From: an uncultured Nitrososphaerota archaeon
GTDB lineage: Archaea > Thermoproteota > EX4484-205 > JAAOZP01
DNA: 64,000 bases
Assembly: GCA_964416155.1 (NCBI GenBank)
Contig: CAYQCW010000010.1
Location: 1-64,000, forward strand
Direction: 5' to 3'
Every line of letters starts with the position of its first letter. Position 1 is the first letter of the stretch. The position numbers were made by a program, and so were the translations under genes. Shown here in pieces: positions 37,165 to 48,028 of the stretch. The notes beneath the pieces are model-generated. The model searched no databases, had not been told where the DNA came from, and saw nothing but the letters and a program-made list of their open reading frames with translations.

Positions 37165-40041
37165 TCAGAGTTCTCCAAGGGAAACCTCTACTTCAACGCT
37201 CGCCACTTCTCCGGTTGGAAATGTGACAACGTCTCCGGGAACATGCTTTCCGTTCACACTGAGCGAAACCTTTTGACCCTTGCCGACGCGTTTCGCGGAA
37301 ATATTGTACGTCACCCCTCTGAAAACCCTTTTAGCCTTAAAGCCACTCCAGGATTCCGGTATGCATGGAGATATTTTCAAGCCTTCGAAAGTGGGGCGTA
37401 TGCCAAGAATCCATTGCGTCGCAGCCACGTAAACCCATGAGGCTGTGCCGGTGAGCCACGAGTTTCGTGCACGACCATACTCAGGGTGCTCCGGAGCAGC
37501 CAAGTTCTGAGAATACACGTAGGGCTCAGTCCCAAGAGTATCCATGTCTCTACGTCTAAGCGGCATTATCTGGCGGTAAAACTGGTATGCAAGGTCTCCC
37601 AACCCGAGTTTAGCGGCTGCAACTATAGCCCAAGTGTTAGCATGGTTAAATATGCCGCCGTTCTCCTTAAGCCCAGGCGGATAAGTTGCTGTGCCGCCGA
37701 AACGCTTCAGGTTCTCAACATCCATAGAATCACCATCCGTCTTCCCAGTGTTAAACGGGTCTCTCATCAGCCTTAAGCCTAAGGGCGTGTTCAAAAACTT
37801 TCGAGCACTCTCCAAGGCTTTCCTCGCCTTATCATCGTCGCCGAGCTCAGCGATAGCCGACCAAGCTTGCGGGATAAGACTTATCCAATGATGCTTCTCA
37901 CTCTTCACGCCGACAGGCCTGCCCTCATCGTCGTAAGCCCTAGCATACCATTCACCGTCCCATGAAACCCTGTTTATTGTTTCAGCCATCCCCCTGTGAA
38001 GACTTTCAAACTCCCCAGCCTTATCCATGTCCCCAAGGTTCTTACAAAGATCCACGAGGTCAAGCATAGCCCTGCAGAAAAGCATCCCCGTCCAGACGCT
38101 TTCAGCCTTCTCAGAACCATGGTCAAGGTTCATAGTGTCATCCCAGTCTGCGAAGCCGATTAGTGGCAGGCCGCGGGACCCTTTTTTCTTACGGGTGAAG
38201 CCCACAGCCCTCGCCATATGCTCCCAGACAGTCTCCTCCGAATCACTATCCTGATATGGAATCTTCTCGTGTAGAAGCGTGTAATCCCCTGTTTCACGAA
38301 TATAGCTGCAGGTCGCGATTACAAGCCACAGGTGGTCGTCGCTGAACCACTGGGGTTTCTCAGGGGATTCTGCAGCGTGACCGGGGCCCCCCTCACCTGT
38401 AAGCGGGAAAACCTGGTGCCAAGTATGCCCATCTTTAAACTGTAGTTTCCAAAGCATTTTAAGAACCCTGCGGGCATGCTGAGGATCATTATGCACGGTT
38501 CCCAACGTGTCTTGAGCAGAGTCGCGAGTCCCCATGCCTCTTCCCAAACCAGTGTCATAAAGGGAGACGAACCTCGACCAGTAGAGGTTGGCGCGGCATT
38601 GAACAGCGTTCCAGAAGTTTATCATCGCGTTCATCTCCTCATCAGGTGTTTCCACAGTCAGTTTCCCAAGGTATTCGCACCAGTTTTCACGGAGCTCTTG
38701 AAAAGCCTTCTCGACGTTTTCGACAACACTGTAACGCCTAACGGTCTCCATTATTAGACCCGGATTATCCGTCACCCCAAGCATGTAGACTATCGTATTC
38801 TCCTCCCCGGGCTTAAGCTCCAGAAAATGACTCAGGGAGGCTATGTTGTTGCCGCGTGAAGCAATGCTGTAACCCGGCTTGCCGCTGACAACCGCCTGGG
38901 GCCGGGAAAGGTCGCCGTAGCCCCCCACGAAAGCCTCGCGGCTAGTGTCATAACCTTCAGGGGCGAGGCTGCTTGCGAAGAATGTTCTAGTCGGTCTAAA
39001 ATGAACCCCGGCGACTATAATGCCGTTTCTATACGAGCTTGAAACTATTTGCTGACCCCAATCCAGGTTAGTCGTGTCAACAGTAGCATCCCAGTAGGAC
39101 AGTTCCTCGTAGGACCATATGCTCAGCCTTTTTACACGGGTGCTCGTGTTTTTAACGTGCAGCACGTGGAGTTCAACAGGACACTCGTCGCAAGGGGGAT
39201 TAGGCGGGACGAAGAAGAGTATTGAGGATTCAACCCCGTTATGCCTACTGCTTATACGAGTATAGCCTGCGCCATGCCTACACTCATACCATTCAAGACT
39301 CCTCTTAACAGGCTGCCAGGTTGGGCTCCAAAACTCCCCGGTTTCCTCATCCCTAAGGTAAAAATAGTGCCCAGGCTGATCCGTCGGAACAGCGTTGTAA
39401 CGATACCTTGTAACCCGACGGTTACGGGGGTCGCGGTCAAACGAGAACCCTCCCGCAGTGTTTGATATGATTCCGCCGTAGCCTCCTTGGCCGAGATAGT
39501 TTATCCAAGGCGTAGGAGTGTCCGGCCGAGTTATAACGTATTCTCCTGTTTCCTTATCGAAATACCCGTAGGGTTTGAGGGTTAAAGGGGACTCGTGGAA
39601 AACACGGTTGAAAACACTGTTCGCCCAGTCAACCTCTTGAGAAGGCAGGAGGGAAAAAACCTCGAGACCCACCAGCCTCTTAGCAACCACAGCCAGGGAA
39701 TTACTGTGGTGCCAGTTGAGAATCACGAGACGACCCCGGAGGGTTTTTAAACAGGGGTTCTGAAAACCGTCTTCCAGACAGCTCTCTTCTTGCTCAACGG
39801 TTGTCTCTGGAGGCTCAACCATGATGATGTTCCCACCATCATCCTTAACGACGAATGTTTCAAGCATTCTGACTTTAACACCCTCCTTCACGAAAATTAT
39901 TCGAAGCCGGATCCTGCCGTCAGGTTCAACCCAAGCCTTGGCCTGGACAGTCTCAGCAAAACCGGGAGATACGCGCCTCAGAAAACCAGTAATTTTTTCA
40001 AAATCCTCGAGATTCCAAACCGCCACCTCATCCTTAAACAT
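37165..40041 (-). CDS. GH94 glycoside phosphorylase (cellobiose/cellodextrin/chitobiose type) with ~150 aa N-terminal extension
   Basis: YGYFD....EYVITRPDTPTPWINYLG, GRGMGTRDSAQD, SDDHLWL, DWDD (catalytic Asp), ENGGIF.H, NSWLTGTASW. Confidence 0.92.
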   Translation of the reverse strand: MFKDEVAVWNLEDFEKITGFLRRVSPGFAETVQAKAWVEPDGRIRLRIIFVKEGVKVRMLETFVVKDDGGNIIMVEPPETTVEQEESCLEDGFQNPCLKTLRGRLVILNWHHSNSLAVVAKRLVGLEVFSLLPSQEVDWANSVFNRVFHESPLTLKPYGYFDKETGEYVITRPDTPTPWINYLGQGGYGGIISNTAGGFSFDRDPRNRRVTRYRYNAVPTDQPGHYFYLRDEETGEFWSPTWQPVKRSLEWYECRHGAGYTRISSRHNGVESSILFFVPPNPPCDECPVELHVLHVKNTSTRVKRLSIWSYEELSYWDATVDTTNLDWGQQIVSSSYRNGIIVAGVHFRPTRTFFASSLAPEGYDTSREAFVGGYGDLSRPQAVVSGKPGYSIASRGNNIASLSHFLELKPGEENTIVYMLGVTDNPGLIMETVRRYSVVENVEKAFQELRENWCEYLGKLTVETPDEEMNAMINFWNAVQCRANLYWSRFVSLYDTGLGRGMGTRDSAQDTLGTVHNDPQHARRVLKMLWKLQFKDGHTWHQVFPLTGEGGPGHAAESPEKPQWFSDDHLWLVIATCSYIRETGDYTLLHEKIPYQDSDSEETVWEHMARAVGFTRKKKGSRGLPLIGFADWDDTMNLDHGSEKAESVWTGMLFCRAMLDLVDLCKNLGDMDKAGEFESLHRGMAETINRVSWDGEWYARAYDDEGRPVGVKSEKHHWISLIPQAWSAIAELGDDDKARKALESARKFLNTPLGLRLMRDPFNTGKTDGDSMDVENLKRFGGTATYPPGLKENGGIFNHANTWAIVAAAKLGLGDLAYQFYRQIMPLRRRDMDTLGTEPYVYSQNLAAPEHPEYGRARNSWLTGTASWVYVAATQWILGIRPTFEGLKISPCIPESWSGFKAKRVFRGVTYNISAKRVGKGQKVSLSVNGKHVPGDVVTFPTGEVASVEVEVSLGEL

Positions 40042-40112
40042 GTTGCAGTATCGGAAATCCTAAGCAATATATAAACTGCACGACACTCCTGCCGGTTTCA
40101 GGTTTTAAAGCG

Positions 40113-41258
40113 TTATGTTGAGGGCGGCTGGAACCTTAATTCCTTATCGACCTTCTGCATCCATTCGCTGATCTTAATCTTCTGTGGACACTTCTCCTCG
40201 CAAGTCCTGCAGCCCACGCATGCGCTCGCCCGTCTCTCAGCAGGAATATTATGGTTGTAAACCCATCGGGCTGACCCAATCGTGTTATACGCTACACCAT
40301 GATTGTAAACTTCAAAGTTCTCCGGAATATCAACGCCGTTTGGACACGGCATGCAGTAGCCGCATCTAGTGCAAGGAATCGGGCGGAGCTCCCTGTACTT
40401 CGCGTGTACCCTAGCTATAAGCTTAAGTTCCTCGTCGCCAAGTATCCTAACACCCGATCTTGAGGCGAACTCAATATTCCGCTTAACCTGATCCATCGTA
40501 CTCATACCGCTTAGAACAACAGAGACCTCAGGCTTGTTCCAAAGCCATTGTAAAGCCATCTCCACAGGATCCTTACCGGCCTCGTCCCAGATCTGCTTCA
40601 CAGCCGGAGGCGGGTTGGCTAAAGCCCCTCCTAACAGAGGCTCCATTATAACCACGGCCAGCCCTTTCCCAGCAGCGTACTTAAGCCCCTTTGTCCCGGC
40701 TTGAACCTCCTCGTTTTCATAGTTATACTGTATTTGGCAGAGGGTCCACTTGTCATACGCGTCTACAATCTCCTTGAAAACCTCGAAGTCGTCGTGGAAG
40801 CTGAAACCAAGATGCTTTATCCTGTCCTCCGAAACAACCCTTTCCGCCCAGTCGAAAACATTCAGGTTTTTAATCTTAAGCCAACTGTTTTTATTCAGAG
40901 CGTGAAGAAGGTAGAAATCAAAGTATTCCGTCTGAAGCTTCTTAAGCTGCTCCTCAAAGATCCTGTCCATATCCTCCCTAGAATTAATATTCCAGATAGG
41001 CATCTTGGTCGCGAGCCTTATCCTCTCCCTATAGCCATCATTTAAAGCCTTGCCGACGACAATCTCACCATTCCCCCCGTGATAAGGGTAAGCAGTATCC
41101 ACGTAGTTGACACCATGGTCTATGGCGTACCTTATCATCCTGATAGCCTCAGGCTCATCAACCTTAGAATAGTCGTTGCCTATTACCGGGAGCCTCATGC
41201 ATCCGAATCCTAGGGCAGAGACCTGCCAGTCAAGTTTCCCGAAACGCCTATACTTCAT
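40113..41258 (-). CDS. aldo/keto reductase with C-terminal 4Fe-4S dicluster
   Basis: SALGFGCMRLP, DTAYPY, ATKMP, GFSFH, MEPL.GG; CTRCGYCMPCP...CVGCRTCEEKCPQ. Confidence 0.92.
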   Translation of the reverse strand: MKYRRFGKLDWQVSALGFGCMRLPVIGNDYSKVDEPEAIRMIRYAIDHGVNYVDTAYPYHGGNGEIVVGKALNDGYRERIRLATKMPIWNINSREDMDRIFEEQLKKLQTEYFDFYLLHALNKNSWLKIKNLNVFDWAERVVSEDRIKHLGFSFHDDFEVFKEIVDAYDKWTLCQIQYNYENEEVQAGTKGLKYAAGKGLAVVIMEPLLGGALANPPPAVKQIWDEAGKDPVEMALQWLWNKPEVSVVLSGMSTMDQVKRNIEFASRSGVRILGDEELKLIARVHAKYRELRPIPCTRCGYCMPCPNGVDIPENFEVYNHGVAYNTIGSARWVYNHNIPAERRASACVGCRTCEEKCPQKIKISEWMQKVDKELRFQPPST

Positions 41259-41392
41259 TTTCTCAAGGATAGAAGTACGGGACTTATAAATTTATTCAGA
41301 ATCAGTGGAACCGTTTCCAGACTATGAGACGCCAGTGTAACAACAGCCTTATATCTCACCGGGACTGAAGCGAAACAATACGGCTGCGGAAA

Positions 41393-41815
41393 ATGGAGGG
41401 ATTAGAGACAGCTAAGAGAATGTTGAAAGAACAGGGTTTCAGCCTAGTTATAGTTAAACCCGGAATACTTGTCCACGCGACTAGGAGGTATGGTGTAATA
41501 GGGCTCGTTGAAGCCATTGAAAACTATGGGTCAGAACTATCAGGGGCAGCGGTGGCTGACAGGGTCGTTGGCAGGGCAGCGGCGATGCTCTGCCTGTACG
41601 CCGATATTGCTGAAGTATATGCTGGAGTAATAAGTAGGAAGGGTTTAGAAGCGTTGAGAGAGAGGAATGTAAGCGTTGAATATGGGGAACTTGTTCCTGA
41701 AATCCTGGACAGAAAGAGGAATGATGTTTGCCCGTTTGAAAAACTCGTCGCCGACTGCCATGATGAGGAAAAATGTTTTAAGAAAATAGGGTCTATTAAA
41801 GAGCGGTTTTTATAG
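41393..41815 (+). CDS. DUF1893 (TM1506-like) protein
   Basis: GAAVADRVVGRAAA.L, YA.VIS, VP.I........CPFE. Confidence 0.8.
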   Translation: MEGLETAKRMLKEQGFSLVIVKPGILVHATRRYGVIGLVEAIENYGSELSGAAVADRVVGRAAAMLCLYADIAEVYAGVISRKGLEALRERNVSVEYGELVPEILDRKRNDVCPFEKLVADCHDEEKCFKKIGSIKERFL

Positions 41816-41910
41816 ACGCTTCTTGCTCGCGCGAAATCCAGAAGCGGCAGACCTTCGCAAGCCTAAACTGAGGAGGCTAGCCTTCTGCGTGCCGCAGGTT
41901 AATGTTTCAA

Positions 41911-42312
41911 TCAGGATGAAGACTTGCCGGAGAGATTGGACATTACGTTTACATGAATCCTAGCCACGTCCCCCAGCTTATCCATTGCTTCCCTAAGCCT
42001 CCCACTCCAAACCTCTTTTAGACCTCCCTTCTCCTCCTGAACCACGTGGAACACAGAGTCATCGATTTTCGCCACGTAAACCCCATTAACATTCTTATTG
42101 AACGTTAGAGTAACCACCACTCTCTGTTCCTTGGAGAACCTTCCGAGCTTCACTATGTATGTGGCTGAAAGCTCGCAAACCTTCCGCTCTTTATCTGGGA
42201 AAGTGACGAGGGCCCCGCCGGTTTTAACGTTCTTACCGGTTTCAACAGTCTTAAGAGCCTCCTCATAATATCTGCCGAGCGAATCCACCTCTCTAAACAT
42301 TACCGTGTCCAT
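41911..42312 (-). CDS. hypothetical protein
   Basis: 133 aa ORF with natural composition and its own upstream TATA-like box. Confidence 0.6.
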   Translation of the reverse strand: MDTVMFREVDSLGRYYEEALKTVETGKNVKTGGALVTFPDKERKVCELSATYIVKLGRFSKEQRVVVTLTFNKNVNGVYVAKIDDSVFHVVQEEKGGLKEVWSGRLREAMDKLGDVARIHVNVMSNLSGKSSS

Positions 42313-42561
42313 TCTTGTCTCTAGACCTCTGCTTGCAGTATCCTCATCTGCTAAAAGGGTAAATATTAAGGTTACGCCTGTTTAGAAAAACCTTTTCAAA
42401 TAGGCCTGCCGCCGGCTGGCGTTCCAAGGATACAGCATGCAGGTAAACCGTAAGCCTAGGGAAACCACATGAGAAATGAGCATCTCTTTAAAGGCTAGAG
42501 TGCACGCAAACAATCGGGAAAAACGGATATGTTTTTAAAGACGCGTTGAGCACAAGGACCC

Positions 42562-43776
42562 ATGGGAGAAGGCGGGACAGTTAAACTCGCAACAGCTGGT
42601 TGCGGAGGAATAGCCCGCGCACACCTCACGGCTTATGCGAAAATCAACGAGAAAGAACCCGGGAAACTCAGGCTTGTCGCCTTAAACGATGTCTCGAAAG
42701 AGGCTGCTGAAGCCTTTGCAGATGAGGCTGAGAAACTCCTCGGCTACAGGCCCCCTGTTTTCCTAGACGTTAGGGAAATGCTGAGGAAGGCCAAGCCTAG
42801 GGCAGTCGACATATGTACACCGCATTCTGAACACCACAGGGTTGCGTTGGAATGCATCAGGTCTGGGGCAGACATTATGGTTGAGAAACCGCTCGGAGTG
42901 ACGCTGAGGGCAAGCAGGACGATAATAGCTGCCGGAAGGAAGCACAGGAGGCTTGTTGCGACCGCGGAGAACATACGCCGCGGAGTGAACCAGAGGACTA
43001 TGCACTGGCTGATTAACGAGGCAAAGCTGATCGGCAAGCCTAGAATTTTCTACGCGATCCATTCTTCCTGGAACGATCCGTTGGAACCCAGGAAGTGGCA
43101 TTGGAGGATTGAGAAGAACCTGAGCGGGGGAGGCCTGGTTTTGGATAGTGGAGCACATTTCTGCGACTCGATGAGGTACTTCTTCGGAGAGGTGGATAGG
43201 GTTTACGCCTTCGTAGGACAGTTTGAAAAATGGCCTCACGATAAGAATGGGGAAACCTTTTACAGCGAGGTGGAGGACAGCTGGGTTGCGCTAATAACCT
43301 TTGAAAACGGTCTCGTTGGAACATGGAGCTGGACAATGGCTGCGCCCGGCCATTCCTTTACAAAGGTTGTTTACTACGGGTCGGAGGGATGTCTCATAGA
43401 CTCGGGCGATGTCTTTCACGGTCCTTTCGACAACGCTGTGTTAATTCTAAAAGACGGGACGCAGCGCACCATGACCGAGCTTCGAGAAGAATTCCTTGAA
43501 AGCATAGGCGAGGAGGGGAGGAACAGGCTTTTCCCACATGGCTTTACCGACGGGATTACTCTGGAGTGCTACGATTTTCTCGAAGCTGTTCAGAAGAGAA
43601 GGAGGCCGGAGGTTGACGGCGAAGACGGGATGAGGGCTAAGGCGATAGCTGAAGCAATATACGAGTCGGCTAAACTGCGCGCAGCTGTAAAGTATAGTGA
43701 TGTTCTTAACGGGAGGATTTCAAAATATCAGGATCCAATCGACAGGGTAAACGGGCTGTTAAAGAGGAAACGGTAG
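42562..43776 (+). CDS. Gfo/Idh/MocA family oxidoreductase
   Basis: GCGGIA..H, DICTPH..H, EKP, GGG..LD.G.H..D. Confidence 0.92.
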   Translation: MGEGGTVKLATAGCGGIARAHLTAYAKINEKEPGKLRLVALNDVSKEAAEAFADEAEKLLGYRPPVFLDVREMLRKAKPRAVDICTPHSEHHRVALECIRSGADIMVEKPLGVTLRASRTIIAAGRKHRRLVATAENIRRGVNQRTMHWLINEAKLIGKPRIFYAIHSSWNDPLEPRKWHWRIEKNLSGGGLVLDSGAHFCDSMRYFFGEVDRVYAFVGQFEKWPHDKNGETFYSEVEDSWVALITFENGLVGTWSWTMAAPGHSFTKVVYYGSEGCLIDSGDVFHGPFDNAVLILKDGTQRTMTELREEFLESIGEEGRNRLFPHGFTDGITLECYDFLEAVQKRRRPEVDGEDGMRAKAIAEAIYESAKLRAAVKYSDVLNGRISKYQDPIDRVNGLLKRKR

Positions 43777-43781
43777 CCGAG

Positions 43782-44954
43782 TTATTCTCCGGCGTTTCTC
43801 AGAATGCTCAGGACATCATCCTTGCCCAGCTTCATGAAGCTCCCTATTTTAAAGCGCCCTGAGCCGGTGCATCGGAGGGCCATCTCCTCCAACCTATCGC
43901 CGCAAACACCCAGTTCCCTGAGCGTCGTCGGAAGCCCTATCTGCTTGAAGAAAGACTTCAGCCTCTCGATGCCTTCGAGCACGGTTTTCTCAGGATCCTG
44001 AAAGTCGGGCTCAACGTTCCAGACTCTAACAGCGAACTGCACGAATATGTCTATGCGATTCCTGTATACATGTCTCATCCAGCTTGGAAACAATACTGCC
44101 AGCCCAGCGCCGTGCGGCACGTCGTATAGGCCGCTGAGCTCATGCTCTATTATGTGCGTAGCCCAATCCCCTATCCGGCCCGTCCCCAGAAGATCATTGT
44201 GCGCAACAGTGCTAGCCCACATTATTTCAGCCCTAGCATCATAGTTCTCAGGCTCCCTTAAGACGATTGAAACATTCCTTATCACTGTTTTTAAAGTTGC
44301 TTCACAAAGCCTATCCGTTAGATCCGCGTGCAGCACATTGGTGAAGTACCGCTCCATGACGTGAGCCATTATGTCAGCTGCTCCGCAAGCAGTATGGTAG
44401 GGTGGCACTGAAAAAGTAATCTCAGGATTCATCAAAGCGAACTTGGGGCGTAAGAGCTCCGTTGAGAGTGAAAGCTTACGCCAATCCTCCTCGTTAGTAA
44501 TAACGGAGCTGCTGCTAGCCTCACTCCCTGCTCCAGGTATCGTTAAAACAACGCCCACGGGCAATGCTTCCATCGGCTCAGCCCTGTCAACGTAGAAATC
44601 CCATACGTCACCCTTATACGGAACGCCTACGCTTATGGCTTTAGCAGAGTCTATCACGCTCCCACCTCCAACAGCCAGTATGAAACCTACACCACTACTC
44701 CTGCAGACCTCTATTCCTTTTCTAACAAGGCTTAGACGAGGATTAGGCTTAACACCCGGAAGCTCAATAAAACTGACGCCTGCACTCTTCAAAGATTCCA
44801 CAATCTTGTCGTAGAGACCGATTCTCTTTATGCTTCCACCACCGTAGTGGAAAAGAACCTTATCGCCGTATTTCTTCACCTCTTCCCCAACCAGATTTTC
44901 AACACCCCTGCCGAAAACGATTTTAGTAGGACATTGAAACTGGAAGCCTTCCAT
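43782..44954 (-). CDS. iron-containing alcohol dehydrogenase (NADPH-dependent butanol dehydrogenase-like)
   Basis: Start reassigned to MEGFQFQCPTKIVFG; GGGSIK, GVKPNP, GGGSVID.AK, D...H..E.Y, H.IEH.LS....HG.GL. Confidence 0.9.
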   Translation of the reverse strand: MEGFQFQCPTKIVFGRGVENLVGEEVKKYGDKVLFHYGGGSIKRIGLYDKIVESLKSAGVSFIELPGVKPNPRLSLVRKGIEVCRSSGVGFILAVGGGSVIDSAKAISVGVPYKGDVWDFYVDRAEPMEALPVGVVLTIPGAGSEASSSSVITNEEDWRKLSLSTELLRPKFALMNPEITFSVPPYHTACGAADIMAHVMERYFTNVLHADLTDRLCEATLKTVIRNVSIVLREPENYDARAEIMWASTVAHNDLLGTGRIGDWATHIIEHELSGLYDVPHGAGLAVLFPSWMRHVYRNRIDIFVQFAVRVWNVEPDFQDPEKTVLEGIERLKSFFKQIGLPTTLRELGVCGDRLEEMALRCTGSGRFKIGSFMKLGKDDVLSILRNAGE

Positions 44955-45084
44955 GAGGAAAGTTTTCTTCAAACAGGCTTTTAACCTTTTTTCACCGGCT
45001 TCGATGCTAATAAGCTTAGCATAGGCGCTTTCATAGTAAAACATTTTTATTAGGATTGCAGGGTTAATGTAGGAGGCTGAGAAC

Positions 45085-45564
45085 ATGGTTAAAATCTTAA
45101 TACTTTACTATTCTCGAGGGGGGAACGTTGAAACCTTGGCTAAGGCGGTTGCCCAAGGTGTGGAGAAGGTTGAAGAAGCCACTGCTGAGCTGAAACGCGT
45201 AGACTACGCTACTGTTGAAGACCTTATATCGTGCGACGCTGTAGCATTCGGCTCACCCAACTACTTTGGCTACATGGCGGGATTATTGAAGGATTTCTTC
45301 GACAGAGCCTGGAGCGTAAGGGAGAAGACTTCGGGGAAACCGGCGGCCGCATTCACATGCGGCGGCAGCTCAAGCGACTCAGCGTTGCTAAGCATAGAGA
45401 GGATTTTCCCGGCTTTCAAAATGGAGAAGGCTGCTGGAGGCGTTGTCTGGGGTCTTAGGGAGAAAGGATCACCGTTTGAAAAAGACTTGTCTGAGTTAAA
45501 GAGGCTTGGAGAGGCTCTGGCTAAAGCAGCCGTTGAAAGAAAAACAAGGACGCCAGAGGACTGA
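45085..45564 (+). CDS. flavodoxin/WrbA-like protein
   Basis: ILYYSRGGN..LA, FGSPNYFG.M...LK.FFD, GKPAAAF. Confidence 0.88.
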   Translation: MVKILILYYSRGGNVETLAKAVAQGVEKVEEATAELKRVDYATVEDLISCDAVAFGSPNYFGYMAGLLKDFFDRAWSVREKTSGKPAAAFTCGGSSSDSALLSIERIFPAFKMEKAAGGVVWGLREKGSPFEKDLSELKRLGEALAKAAVERKTRTPED

Positions 45565-45788
45565 CAGCATGAAACCTTTAAGAGGAAACCGGTAATATTT
45601 TAGTGCAAGCTATCCCCATAATTTTTGTTTCCGAAACCAGCGTATTTGCTCAGACTCCCCGTCTCAATGTTTTTTCAAGAAATAAAAAGGATCGTGAGCC
45701 GCATGTTTTAACATGGAGAACCATGGGCAAGAACAGTAAGTCAGTTTAAAGCGGAAAGGGTTCGCTGAACAATACGCTTACAGGCAGC

Positions 45789-47558
45789 GTGGAGGAAAAA
45801 ACATATATGCTTAAGAAGAAGCGAGCCCACATGGGATCAGCGAGAACAAGCTGTCTGGCATTGATTGTTTTAGCCGCTGTTTTCCTTATGGGAACAGCCG
45901 CAGCATTCGTAATAAACAACGACTTCGGAAGGCTTGAAGGAAAAACCGTTGCGATACTTGATGGCGAACACTACATAAGCGGGGTGCTGTACCGTCCGCT
46001 CGCAGCCACCGAGAAAAACCCTTTGCCGGCCGTAGTCCTTGTGCACGGTATCAGTAGTGGTAAAGAATCCATGAGCAGCATAGCGTTGGAACTTGCCAGA
46101 AGAGGTTTCGTCGCATTATCGATAGATGTTGTGGGCCACGGTGACTCCGGCGGTAGGCTCAGTGCAACCAAGGATCCCAGCCTCGGGGCTCTTGCAGCCT
46201 TAAGATACGTTGAAACTTTGCCGTATGTAGACGCTTCTTCGCTCGGCCTCGTAGGGCACAGCTTAGGGGCGGGGGCAGCCAGGGCTGCGGCCGCTGCCCA
46301 CCGGGGGGTTAAAGCAACAGTGCTCATAGCGGGAGGCTTAGGCGGGGCGGCTTCCAACCCCTTGGCATACGGGGTTTTGAACACTACTTTCCCAAAGAAC
46401 TTGATGGTAGCCATAGGCAGGCAGGACGTGCTTTTCAACCTTAACCAGGTTACTGGAGAATGGCTACCCACGGTTTTCGGGGTTCCCGAAGTCTCTCCTG
46501 GAAGACTATACGGCGATTTCACCTCTGGAACCGCAAGGAAACTAGTGGCCCCGGCTACAACCCATCTGCTTGAACCCCTTGACCCTACTATTGTTTCTGA
46601 AACAGTTGTCTGGATGAACAGCGCTCTCAAGCCTGGTGAAGCCAGCCTAATCGGGAAGCTGGAAGAAGGCTTGACATATCCCTACCGTGAAACAATGATG
46701 CTCCTGAGCTTTTTCTCACTGGTTGGTTTAACCTTCCCGGTTTCCATGTTAATCTCGCCGCACAAGTCTTCGAATAAGAGTAGTATTGAGCATGGTTCTC
46801 TTAAAGACTGGAGGATTATGGTTATTTGGGGGGCTCTTAGCATAGCGCTGCTCCTACCAACGTTCATACTGGGTTTCAGCCTACCCTTACCACCGGTTTT
46901 ATTCGGCTCGTCTATCGCCTGGTGGTTGCTCATGGTTGCTATAGCCGGTGTTTTCCTCATCCTGTTCGTCATGCCTAGGTTCTCAGGCGTTAGGCTGAGA
47001 ATGAGAATCCTGGCATCAGAATCCTTCACGCGGCGGGGAGTCTCAGCTGCAGTAAGCCTGTTCCTAATGCTGTACATCATTGTTTACCTTATAGAACTAT
47101 TATTAGGCATGAAACTCTGGATTTTCATACCCGTTTTCAGAGTTCTCAGTTTTCCAGCCAGAATCAGCCTGTTCCTAACCTTCACACCGTTTTTCCTATT
47201 CTTCTTCTACGTCGAGGGAATTTACCTGCATGTTCTGCGCAGGGGGAGTGGTAAAAAAGGGTTCCTCCCGGAAGCCGTGGAGATGGGTCGAACCATCGGG
47301 GTAAAGATTGCGCCCTACATTCTCGTAATGGGAACACAGTATATCCCAATGTTCCTGTTCGAGATTAAGCCACTCACCTCTTTCCTCGGCTTCCTAATAG
47401 AGTTCCTTCCGCTCATAACTGTGCAATTCATCATCTCAACCGCATGCTCATGGTGGCTTCACCGGGTTACCTTATCCATAGGCACGGGCACAGTTTTCAA
47501 CGCGCTCCTCTTCGCCTGGGTTTCAGCAGGAGTTTTCCCCTTCGGAGCACTAGGTTAA
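45789..47558 (+). CDS. alpha/beta hydrolase with multi-TM C-terminal membrane domain
   Basis: N-terminal signal/TM, PAVVLVHG, GHG.S, nucleophile GHSLG, then about 7 TM helices. The start may be downstream (MGSARTS). Confidence 0.85.
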   Translation: MEEKTYMLKKKRAHMGSARTSCLALIVLAAVFLMGTAAAFVINNDFGRLEGKTVAILDGEHYISGVLYRPLAATEKNPLPAVVLVHGISSGKESMSSIALELARRGFVALSIDVVGHGDSGGRLSATKDPSLGALAALRYVETLPYVDASSLGLVGHSLGAGAARAAAAAHRGVKATVLIAGGLGGAASNPLAYGVLNTTFPKNLMVAIGRQDVLFNLNQVTGEWLPTVFGVPEVSPGRLYGDFTSGTARKLVAPATTHLLEPLDPTIVSETVVWMNSALKPGEASLIGKLEEGLTYPYRETMMLLSFFSLVGLTFPVSMLISPHKSSNKSSIEHGSLKDWRIMVIWGALSIALLLPTFILGFSLPLPPVLFGSSIAWWLLMVAIAGVFLILFVMPRFSGVRLRMRILASESFTRRGVSAAVSLFLMLYIIVYLIELLLGMKLWIFIPVFRVLSFPARISLFLTFTPFFLFFFYVEGIYLHVLRRGSGKKGFLPEAVEMGRTIGVKIAPYILVMGTQYIPMFLFEIKPLTSFLGFLIEFLPLITVQFIISTACSWWLHRVTLSIGTGTVFNALLFAWVSAGVFPFGALG

Positions 47559-48028
47559 CAACCGGCCAGACACAAAATGAGTTACTTCAAGGCATTTGGA
47601 ATTAAGACGTTTCCCGAGGAAAAAGGGTTAGCGTACTGCGATTATGCTCATTACCTGTGAAAAAATAATCAGTTTAAGCATGATAAGCAACATATGCGTT
47701 ATCCCGAGGGCGTTTATAATTCAACCCTCGGAGAAGGGGCGTGAGCTATGGCTGAAAAGCAACATGCACCCCGATTACGGCGAGCAATGCTTTTTAAAGT
47801 TATTACCCCAAACCTCTAAAGCTTTTGCCCAGAATGTGAATACACCCTGCCCATAGTCCTCAAATATTTCTTGATAATCATGTCCTGCTCCCTTTGCCGT
47901 GACAAATTAGTGTCCAACATTCAGCTTTTTAACCACTCACGATACTCGTGCAAAGCTTGTAGTAACTTGAACCATATTCGCCGCGCGTTAACCTAATACC
48001 CGATCTTCCCAGTCTTCTGGGAGAAACT

